Made by a program: the position numbers and the translations under genes. A DNA stretch of 64,000 bases from Callorhinchus milii (taxonomy: Eukaryota), in assembly GCF_018977255.1 (NCBI RefSeq), contig NW_024704743.1, forward strand, positions 28,460,001-28,524,000. Reading direction: 5' to 3'. Below the pieces are notes generated by a model. The model saw only the letters and a program-made list of their open reading frames with translations, did no database searches and was not told the DNA's origin. Positions 53,025 through 63,517 of the stretch are shown here, in pieces; within the stretch, counting starts at the first letter, position 1; every line of letters begins with the position of its first letter.

Positions 53025-54049
53025 TTAAGGAGAGGAGAATCTCCCAAAGAACAGGATGTTGTGAGTTTTGTTGTGGCTGATGAAAAACAGGAATGGATGG
53101 TCAGCCACAAACTCCATTGGAATCCTTAAACATTCTACCGTGACCGTAACTGCAGTGGCAGCTGCTGCTTCTGTACCTTCTTCATTAACTTCAGCAAAAG
53201 TTTTGTGAACAACGTTTGACAAATTCAGGTCATTTTTCTAATCCATTTCCGAGAAATTTGCCTACGAATCATCAAAAGCATCAACCATTCCCAAACCACC
53301 AAGTGTTGAGGTGAAGTCATAGGTGTTCTCTATCTTAACTTTGGGGAGCATTACTTCAATCTCATCATTATACATCTTGTCTGGGTTGGTCCACTCTAGC
53401 AGCTTATCAAAAGTCAGACCATTTTGAAGCTTAAAAAAGGGGGGAAAAGAGGCAAGAACAGCTTATTATTGTCTGAAACATCAGATAAAAGTTAGGTCAC
53501 CATTGCGAGCATTCCATGTAGTTTTTAGATCCCCACTTTAAAGAAGCAATAGAGGAGATTTATAAGATTGAAAGGATATAGTTTTTAACTTTGGGGAGAC
53601 ACTTAAAGAGGTGGGACTGTTTCCCCTGAAGCTGAGAAAGAAATCTAATGGTCTCTCATAATTAGATGTTCAAGCAAAGAAATAAATATTTAAAAAGTTA
53701 TTTAAAAAAACTTTAAGGATATAGAGCAGGGAAACAAGATAGATAGGTTTCCATGGGGGAGAAATAGAAGAGAAAACAGGACTGGCATTTGAATTTATTC
53801 ATTTTTAATCAAGACTGTATTTTTTTCCCAAAAGCAAAGTGAATCCACTAAACAGTGGTACTATTTCAAAAAACTTCAATTTATTTTTTGCAGTCCACTT
53901 GCAGCACCTTTTAGATCTGGCAACATGATGATCATACTCAGCTCTTTCTGAACATAGGGGAGCTCAAGGATTCTGGTTTCAACTTCACGAATGTAAGTGC
54001 TTTTAAACTCCTCCTTCTGGCACATCATTTGGACTGGCTTGGTTTCATT
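53025..54049 (-). pseudogene. Serpin pseudogene fragment (copy D): last two exons 54049-53885 and 53429-53025; upstream intron homology to about 56010
   Basis: 165-nt exon with donor GT>AT. 405-nt last exon with two in-frame TAG (AAG>TAG, GAG>TAG). [23 protein letters not shown]. Confidence 0.93.
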
Positions 54050-56479
54050 CTGCAAACAGGAGTAGAAACCTTCAGCACTCTAAACTAACCTTGCTGGCGG
54101 GGAAAACAGGAAAAGATTCATGAGGAAATCGATTGCAAGATAAAAGGTGACTTGTAATTGGATTTAGAAATTCCAACTACAAGTTACACTTAACATTTTT
54201 TTCCAATAACCAAATGTACATGATCTTGCAGTGGAAACTCTACTCTCAGTAGCTCTCATCTGAGCAAAGTTCTTATGTGTTGGAATAAGGCAAGTCACAT
54301 GGAATGCATAGCATCGAAACAGATCATTTGGCCTAACTAATCCATGACGGTGCTTATACTCCACATGAATTTTCATCCACTTCTTACTCCCTCCCACACC
54401 TTTCTATTCCCTTCTCCCTCACGTGTATACCTAGCTTCCTCTTGAATGCTTCTCTACTTTATGACTCAATAACCACTTCAGGGAGCAAGTTCCACAATTT
54501 CGATGACTTATTAAGGACAGGAACATCCGAAAAACAGCACTCGTACAATACAAGGAAATGACACAAACAGTAGCAGTCAATAAGGGAACTGTGATGTGGG
54601 ATAGAGGAAATATTGTCATCTTCTCAATTTAATGCCTTATCACATTGTTGAGAAATCTCACAGCACTTCACAGGATATATGAGTAGATTCACAGTATTTC
54701 GTAGGTAAAGTGTATTTTGTGTACTTGTCTAAGACAGAAAAATATATATAGTTAACTTCTTGGGAGAAAAGCAGATGAAGTACTTTAAAGAGAAACCACA
54801 CAATTTTCCTTCCCCTTTCAACTTGGGTATTATTTCCCTCTGATAATTAAATTTGGTTCTATTTCTTAAATTGAATTTCTCTACCTTTGCAAGAATATGT
54901 AGGAAACAGAGACTTTCAAAATAATTTTAAAGGTACAGAAAATATTCATTGTGGCATATAAAAGGAAAATATAATCTTAGTCAATTCTCAGGGTTAATAC
55001 TATATTAAGCGCTTTGAGACATCTTGGCGACATGATAAGGCACTATATTAAGTGCAAGGATTATTAAGATCATTATTATTTATTTTGTGTTGCTATGGAG
55101 TCCTTTTGCAGTCAGACAGTCTACAAAATTAGGGTCAAAATGTATAAATTAAGGAACATAATGTTCTTCATAAGCACTTGAACCATTTGAAAAATTTCTC
55201 TTACAAAACTTCCCAGAAATTCCTCCAAATAGCACACATCAAATGAATACTCCTGTAGCGGTGCCTCAGGGAGACTCTTATGGGGAGGGGCCGAGAGAAT
55301 GACACTTGCGCTGTGCTACCCAGAGTCTTAGAATAATGACTATTATATACAGTACAGCTGTATGAGGGTCACAGGCACCGTGTGGTGGTTTGGATCCTAA
55401 ACCCTGTGCGAGTCTGAGAATAATATAATATTTACCCACACCAACACCAGGCCCCGGTCTCTCACCTATCCCTGCAGTGAGCCAGGAGGAGCATCAAGCA
55501 AGTGCCAGGATTAAGTCATCCTTGTTACCTCCCTGGGGACCACATACTATCTGCAGGAGAGCATCGAGTCCCAGACACTGTGAACTGCTTGAAATACAAT
55601 GAATGTGGTTGAAGAGACAAGCTCAAGTGAGTGAGCAGGAATGCGTGTGAAAGTAAGTATTTGAGATGGGAAAGTGAGCTGCAAAGATGTGACCAAAGTG
55701 ATATTGGGAAGAAAAAGAGCAAGTCCTCCTCCTGTTTACCTGTGCTAGGACTGATCACCTACATATACCGTATAGCTACACTGTGACTCAATTTGAGAGG
55801 AATTCAAATAATTGTACTTCAGTCTTTGTTGGCACAAACAGGTTTGTTGCAGTTGTTTGGTGAGAATTATCTTACAATGAATAATTTAAATATCAGCCTG
55901 ACTGCATTCAGCAATGTAGCCAGATACACAGTGTAATAAAGGGCAAAAATATTTCAATTTGTATCATACAGGTTCATCAAAAGCAAATGCTAATACAAAG
56001 CTGGGAACTGGCCTCTATCATCCTTCCTGCTAATAACTTGCAACTGTTACTTTCTATCATTTTTGAGGTGCAAATGTGACTGACATCTGATATTTTATGT
56101 GGTCAATCCTTTTGATATTTAATTGACTTGAGCTTAGTGACTGGAAAGTATTCATTTAAGATACTAGTAGACAAGCAAATGGGAGGTTCGGAGACTTTTT
56201 TTCCCACATAGAGTAATTAGGATATGGAATGCCCTGTTGGGAGTACTGGTTGAGGCAGAAGCCAGCTGAGCAGAGGCAGCGTGTGGTGGAATAGGACGCA
56301 ATAATAATAATCCTTGCATTTGATATAGCGCCTTATGACATCTTTGAGACGTCTCAAAGCACTTCACAGAATATAGTGTAAAGTGAATTGACTGTATTTT
56401 GTGGCCAAAATTTGGCAGCCAATTGCGAATAGCAGTGTCCCAAAAACAGACCAGTGACCACAATATTATTGTTTTTTTG

Positions 56480-57817
56480 TATGCAATTTTTGTACCTTGC
56501 CATTTCGGCATGACTGTGATAGAACACAGGTGACCTTTATCTCCTAATGTAAATCCGCATGCGGTAGTTGAGGCCGGGAGCAGTACTCTTGGACATGTCC
56601 AAATGTTTCTTCGTTTATAGCAATGTGATGTATCAGTTAAATGCCATGAACTAGTTACGGTGTTGTAAAGTTCAACAATTGGGACTGAATACTAGGTGAC
56701 TGGCCACCAGTTCTCTAATATGTCTGAGGTTGTCAGATCTGTTCCTTGGTGATCATTGATGGGAGCCTGCTGGCTTCCATATCATCGAGGTAATGTTGTA
56801 ATTTGCTTAGGAATCTGGACATAAGTATTGAGCAAGCGATACCTTTTTGAAAAGGTTACGCTTCTACTTCTCGGCTATGGGCCAATACCAACAAATTAAC
56901 TGAAGAGTTCATCCCTTCTATAACTTGGGAGATACTGATTATGGAATCCACACTCAACAGATCTTCTTTAATAAGATTATCCATGTTCTCCCCTTTTTTG
57001 GAGAGGATAATTTTTAATTGATTTCAGAGGTGGGCCTGGTGACCCATAAGGGTTTCGATGCCAGTTAAAGGCAGCTGTTACCCCGGTGGCTGTTATGCCC
57101 ATCCATTCAGCTACATCCCTTTTTACCCTTGGTGATATTACTGTCCCCATTTGCCCTCCCAAGACTGTACCCTTATTTCTTTGGACGAAATCTCGGAACA
57201 TTTCTTCGCTCTGTAAATTATAAAGGTCCCTCTAAATAGGGTCACAAACGTCCGTGGGCAAAGACACATTAAAATGCAACATGATCGGTATATATTCGTT
57301 CACGATATTGGGATACAACACATCATATAAACGTTCAATCACACGTCCATTTGCTGGTCCTGTAATTAAAGTCGGACATGATGTGTTCTGTGAGGTGACC
57401 GGGATGATGAAAAACAATATTTCTGGGCCGTATGCATAGATTCCTTCTGGATCCTCCACTGAACAGTTGTAATAGCCCTCATAGCGATGAAAAACGTAAG
57501 GAAATATCAGGTCTCGCTCAGTCATGTTGTTGTATCCTCTGTGTGGACCCAACATCGGGACTCCCCACCTTCCAATAGATACGTTACCTGAAGTCATATT
57601 GTGTCTTTGGAAAATTATAGTGGAAGTGTCGTACCCGTCTGTATCGACGGTACAAGTGAGAGTTAACTGGCTTCCCAACTCTACCTGTATCAGTTGGTAA
57701 GGCTGATGGCGATCTGTACCGTAAACCGGTAAGATGGATCATTTCGACCCTCCATGCTGAAAACATATCCGAAGATGAGTATCCCATTGTAGTCATAATC
57801 ATCAGTAATAGGATCAT
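56480..57817 (-). pseudogene. env: env-like gene: signal peptide, Ig-like domain, RVKR furin site, fusion-peptide/heptad region
   Basis: MILLLMIMTTMGYSS (ATG 57817), frameshift near 57740, GSQLTLTC...EGYYNCSV, TAG at 57232, RVKR 57129-57118, DVAEWMGITATGVTAAFN, then shifted GIETL...ACSILMSRFLSKLQHYLDDMEASRLPSMIT. Several N-x-S/T sequons. Confidence 0.8.
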
Positions 57818-57899
57818 TTTCCCCTTATTTCGAGCGCATACCAATTCTCTGAAAATCAAGGATATATCTGTTAGTTTATCAGTTAGTGTAATGATTTCA

Positions 57900-58991
57900 A
57901 TTGGTTAATATGATGCCATTCAGCTGTTTTGTCTCCCCTTTTTCCCGTATATTGGATCAAATATATGGAGGGGCTGATCTTGTCCACAATAGGGAACAGA
58001 CCTTCCACTTTGGTGAGAATGGGTTTTCTCTATTACTGAAGTCCAACACCATGACCATGTCCACAATATTATACTCACATTCTCGTACTTTCTGATCAAA
58101 ATACTTTTTCATTTGTTGTTTGTTTCTTCCCAAATGGTTAGTTACAAATTCATTTGTGTGTTGGATATTTACAAGCATTTTATCAACCTACGCTTCGCTG
58201 AAAGCCCCCTGTATGTTTGAGTTTCCTTCCATAGTTACGCCTGGGGAAGGGGGTTGGAGTAAGTGACCCGGTTGCCTCATTATTCTCCCTGTCATTGCCT
58301 GATACGGGGTCAAACCAGTGGCTGAATGTGTGGTTGATCTAAGCGCCATTAAACACATTGACAGCATTTGCACCCATTTGGGTGGGGTGATCTGCACAAT
58401 TTTTTTTAATAGCATCTTAATAGTCCAGTTTCCCTGCTCCTCTACCCCTGAGGATTGAGGGTGGAATGCTATGTGTAACCGCTGTTTAATCCCCAATAGT
58501 TTGGTGAGGGTTTTAAAAACTTTTGCGGTGAAGTGGCTCCCTTGATCGCTATCGAGAACTATTGGTACTCCCCACCTGCAGATCACCTCACTCAATAGTA
58601 TTCTTGCAACGGTAATTACTGTGGCAGCTCTGACAGGAAAGGCTTCGATCCATTTGGAAAATGTATCTAAATTAATCAGAGCATTTCTGTAGTTGCCTGG
58701 TGCAATGGGCAGGGGTCCGATAAAATCAATTTGAACATGTGTCCAGGGTCCTTCTGCCTCTGGGGCACCTTTTAACAGGGCATGATTGGCAGGTGGACCA
58801 GGATTATGCTGTAAGAAAACCAGACAACGGTTAGCGCGAGTGGTTATATCACTGTTGAGGGTGGGCCACCAAGTGGTGGAGCGTATTTTTGATATTGTTG
58901 AATTTACAGCCATATGTCCCCCAATTGGGTGAGAGTGGAATATTTCAAAGAAATCTTCTGCCATGTCAGGGGGAACGCACACCACACCAGG
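57900..58991 (-). pseudogene. pol: Integrase domain of pol
   Basis: HSHPIGGH zinc-finger part, WTHVQIDFIGPLP, DTFSKWIEAFP, DSDQGSHF, HPQSSGVEE, TGLTPYQAMTGR. Confidence 0.93.
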
Positions 58992-59747
58992 AATTTGTGG
59001 TAAAGGTGCCTTTACATATAACTCCCTGGTCTAACAATGATTGTACCATGTCACGGACATACGGGAGGCTTTCGAGTGGGACAGTATGCTGTTTCGCTGG
59101 TGCATGGGTTGTACCATTTATTTCCTCTTCCTGACCCATTCTCCCACAATCATATTTATGTCGAGCTACAACCTCATCGTATTTGATCAGTAATTGTGAT
59201 ACTTGTGCGTTATCGTGTTTGATGGGCTAGTACATCTCAGGCTTCTTTATAGCTGTTACGGCGAACACATCGGACACAATATGGTGTCCATCACTGCGGG
59301 TTAACGCCCTGCTTTCGGGAATACACAGGCATGAATTAGTGTAATCCACTATCATGGTGTTTTTCTGGAGAACGTCAGATCCTACGATGCCACGTTCCCA
59401 AGGTATGGCAATAGCAGCTGGCTGATCAATTTGGATGGTACTATGTATCTTGTTTCCCAGGTGATAGCAGTATTTGCTAATCTCACTCCCTCTTGGGTGG
59501 AACCATTGAATCCCGTAAGGGAAAACACATCTCCGGTTGCCCCACAAAATGTTTTGGGATGCTTTGAATGGAACAATGTAATGCTGGACCCTGTGTCCAC
59601 TAACATTGTTTGCTCTTTGCCCCACGACAATGTAGCAGTTATAAGGGGTCTATTATCTAATGTTTTTTTAAAATGAATGGGAGTGGAATTCCGTTGAGTG
59701 AGGTTCACGGGAATTCGTACGGTCAATCTTTGGGGGGCTGTCTCGCA
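58992..59747 (-). pseudogene. pol: Aspartic protease and N-terminal stub of reverse transcriptase
   Basis: MLVDTGSSIT and GIVGSDVL protease motifs across a frameshift. Then HKYDCGRM...PAKQHTVP...SLLDQGVI...TTNS (RT start), joining directly to integrase. Confidence 0.85.
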
Positions 59748-61752
59748 TCAGTAAGAGGTCTCAATAACATTCACCTCTCCTTCTACTTCGTTCTCCGCGG
59801 GGGGAGCAGATGGACTGACCGAGACTGATTCTATTCTTGTCATTTTTAAACTTTTGATTATCCGTCACCTTCCAAGTGTTACTATAATAGCCAATTGGTC
59901 AAAGGGAATCTCGGCCAGCTTATCTATAAGCCCGGTGGGTATCTCAGGCTGCTTTTTATCCTGGCGTAGATTGGCCCTTCTATTCGGGCATTCTCTGGCC
60001 CAATGTCCCTCTTCCTGACAGATGTGGCAATTGGACCGACTGATTCCCCTCCAAGGACAAGATTGTCTTGACCCGGGCTGGTTTTTATTTTGATAATAAG
60101 AATGTCTTCTATTCTCATAATTAGGGAAAAAAGGCTCTCTGTTTTTGTTCTCTCTCTGACTCTTGGGTCCTTCTATCTCTTCAACCCAGATCAACCTTTT
60201 TAATCCCCCCTTACTTCCCTCAATCTTGGCCTCTCTATGTCTCAGGCGCTGATAATAAGCTCCGTCAGCAATTTTTATCAAATCCTCCCATTCCATGTCA
60301 TCAGTTAATACTCCCGCTATGACTGATTCGATTTCAGGAATGAGTTTTTGGAGAAATGCCTCTCGGTATCTGTTTGACTTTTCTGCATCTTCTGAGCTCA
60401 CTTCTTCCATTTGTATCTGTTTAAACAGCTCCACTAGCCTTTCATGAAACTCTACTGGGCTTTCGTCTCCTGTCTGCACTGCCTTCCCATATGTCTGGCT
60501 TATGTTCCAGGCTTTTCCTTTTGTTAGCATGGTCTTAACCGCCCCTAAAAACACAGTCCCACCTACTTCAGGCTTCAAACTATTCCGCTGCAAGCGCTTT
60601 TGTACTTTCAACTCGATCGCGCTTAACAGTATCCTTTTAAGGTCTTTTTCCTCCAATTCAAGGTGACAATCTCTAAACAGATTGTATTGCTGATTCAACT
60701 CAGTGGGACAAGTGCGTTCTTTGATCGTGCCGAACTGTTGCACATAAGCCACTACTTCCTCGGGTCTTAGTGCCCGTCTATTTGTCTACTCCTTATCGGT
60801 GGTACCAGAGGCATTATCACTAGAAGACGCCTCTTGCTGGTCTTCCCCATCAGACACCTGACCCCTCGTCTGCATTGGGTGAACCCGGCTCCGAGTAGTA
60901 GTGATGACCGCTACTGACTTTCCTGATTCTTCCTCCCACATATCCGAATATATTTTATCTACTTTGTCTATGGCCGTTTGACATTTCAATTATTCCCAAT
61001 TGTTCCCTCTGTCCTAATGGCGCAAACCATCGCCTGCTTGCCCATTAGCATCTCCTTTAGTTTCTCTATTTCTTTCCCACATTGAGTGTGGTCTATCTCA
61101 GTGGCTGAAGGTCGGTTAATTAAGGTGTTAACTGCTCCATTGGCTGCATTCAACTGGATGCTCATAGTCTCACACTTCTGACTATCCTGCAGCGCTATTC
61201 TCCTTTCTTCATGCTGTTCTCTTCCTAGCTTGGCTCGGCTGATTTCACCTTGCATTATGTGTAGGGTGGAGGTTAATTCTATTATCTTTCTTTCCTGATT
61301 CTCACATACTCTTTCCATGCTCCATAATTCTTCCTCCATGTCCTTTTTGTCTGACAAAGTGATCTTTAAACCCTTTTAGTATTTCTGTCGAGCTGTTTTG
61401 TTTTATTTTCATATCCTCTATTTCCTGGTCCTTACTGTCTTGTAATTGTTTGGTTTTAAGTTTCAGATCCTCTATCTCCGTATCCTTATAATCTCGTAGT
61501 TGTTTTAACTCCAAGGCTTTACACTTGTATTCCCTCAACATCCAGTATTTAAAAAAGTTTTTACATCATTTTCCCCCAATTTTGATGTTACCTACTAACT
61601 TCTTCCTCTAACCATTCTATACCATTTTTCTGGCTCGTTTCCTCATGTATGTCCTCTATTTTTAGGCCTGTTTTCTTGCATATTTTCTCCTCATATTTAT
61701 TCAGCCATTGTTGTAAATTATCTTACAATTTTCACTCTTTCTTGTCAGTCAT
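59748..61752 (-). pseudogene. gag: gag with long N-terminal coiled-coil region, capsid-like core, CCHC zinc knuckle and PSAP motif
   Basis: Fragmented ORFs 61302-61541, 60986-61357, 60786-60989 and 59865-60752. QTGDESPVEFHERL (MHR-like), CHICQEEGHWAREC, PSAPP at about 59799-59813. Putative ATG at 61752. Confidence 0.85.
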
Positions 61753-61872
61753 CTCGACAACAGAATACCCGAGATACCAACAACCACAAGAGCGTGATCC
61801 ACTAAGTGTGCTACTATGTGTGAGTGCGTTTGTCTATCACTTCGAATAAAAAAAAGCCTTGTTGCTTGTCGG

Positions 61873-61890
61873 GTCCCTTCGTGGTGACCA
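61873..61890 (-). promoter_or_regulatory. Primer binding site, tRNA-Arg(UCG)-like
   Basis: Minus strand TGGTCACCACGAAGGGAC, 3 nt after the LTR terminal CA. Resembles the complement of the vertebrate tRNA-Arg(UCG) 3' end (TGGCGACCACGAAGGGAC, from memory). Confidence 0.75.
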
Positions 61891-61893
61891 ATT

Positions 61894-62563
61894 TGTTGGG
61901 ATTTCCGATCCCGTAGTTCGAAATATGACCTGACAATCCAAAATGGTGCAATAATTATTTTATCATAAGACAGTGTGTAAAGAAGAGCATACTACCGGTT
62001 AATCTGCGTAGAACAAAAGTAGAAGAAGATTTCTTGGCTGTCGTCCTGCTCTTGCCCTGGTTTCTCTGGTGTGAAAAACCTTACTTCCCTCCTGCCAGTC
62101 AGGTCAACTGACTTCTCACTCTTTTTCTCCACTAATTATACCCCTTTCTGAACTCTTGCCAGATACCTTTACCCCCCTTACCACTCGTCCTGCATGTACT
62201 CATCCTGATCAATCATTGGCCTGGCGCCAGCCCACCGGTATTGATAAAGTGAGTCTCCATTTTCTTGTCTATTCCTTATCTTCCTAGACCTAACACTTGA
62301 TGTTTTGCAGACCTTTCCTCCAAGTCTAGCTGGTACCCAAGGTTACAATAACACTTAGCAAAGTGCATCTAGAGAGAGGGGAGATAACGGGTGCCATGGT
62401 TCTAGCCTGTGCCACATACCATAATGTCATGTCATAATGTCAAAGAAAACCAGTAAATTTAGATTGTCAAAACCCCCCATTCATGAACCCATATTAGCTA
62501 TCATTTCAAGCTTAATTTCTGCCTTAGTTCTCTATGATTTTTGTTTTAATAATTTTACCCACA
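61894..62563 (-). mobile_element. 5' LTR of the ERV-like element
   Basis: Minus strand TGTGGGTAAAA...CCCAACA; TATA-like GGGGTATAATT at about 62133-62143. The distal boundary (62563) is tentative. Confidence 0.65.
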
Positions 62564-63205
62564 ATGGACGTCAAATTTACTAGAGGTCAAATTTACTTTC
62601 TAACAAAACTTTAGCTTGCTGTTAACCCATCGTCCCACTCAAGTACTCAGCAGGGGGTAGTGTTGCTCTACAAATCAGGGGGTGTCTACACCTTGGGAAT
62701 CTGTTGTGTTGACTTTCTGTTAAACTCTATCCTATGCTCTGAATGTATTTGTAGCATTATAGTCTTAAACAGAACTTTGTCTAGGTCTATGGTGACAGAG
62801 GGTTGGAACGCTTTTTTGAATGTGCCTCTGTATAGAGAGTGGGTATGGACCATGGTACAGATATATGACTCCTATACTGTATTTGTGCTGTCCATGTGGA
62901 ACAAGAAGTAAGAATGATTTGTGATCCTTGATTATATTCAAGAATTATATTGCTGATTCTTAAATGTGGTATAAATTGTCAAAAGATATCACAATGGATG
63001 CCTTACATTGAGATTGTGTCAGGCTGCTCAGTTGATACCATTCACACCTCTGGATCTTAAAGATGTGAGTTGAGTTCCCATGTAGGGTGGTGGAAGTCAT
63101 GGAGTCTGACATTCAGTGTAGTGCTGCGGGTGCCATCCTTTGTATGAGATGTTCAATTGGTCTTTGATTTTATCCTTAAGTCTCCATAATTATACCCACA
63201 ATTGT

Positions 63206-63510
63206 GGAGTCCTGTAGCTCGGTGGTTAGAGCACTCGCTTTGCTAGCGAGAGGCCTGGGTTTGATTCCTGGCAGGGTGAAACCTTGAGCAAGTTTCTTTA
63301 CTCCACACGCCTGATAATAATCCCTCCAAAAAAAAATAATAAATTGGTCATTTCAATCCACGACTGTTTGTGTGACATTGCTGTACGTAATTGGCAGCCA
63401 CATTTTGACCACAAATATACAGACCATTCACTTTACAGTTTATTCTGTCAAGAGCATTGAAACATCTAGACGATGTAAAAAGCCCTATATTAAATGCAAG
63501 GATTATTATT
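63206..63510 (+). mobile_element. tRNA-derived SINE, full length
   Basis: GGAGTCCTGTAGCTCGGTGGTTAGAGCACTCGCTTTGCTAGCGAG...AAATGCAAGGATTATTATT. Confidence 0.9.
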
Positions 63511-63517
63511 AATATTA

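Larger units (their letters stand above)
56480..62563 (-). mobile_element. Decayed endogenous retrovirus-like element: LTR-PBS-gag-pro-(deleted RT/RH)-IN-env, 3' end truncated
   Basis: Collinear gag (CCHC), protease (DTG), integrase (DDE-type) and env with furin site. PBS adjacent to a TG...CA LTR. No 3' LTR seen. Confidence 0.92.

Noticed and set aside
56010..56480. 3' LTR or polypurine tract of the ERV
   Set aside because: No match to 61894-62563; env is cut by a SINE fragment followed by CR1-like sequence.
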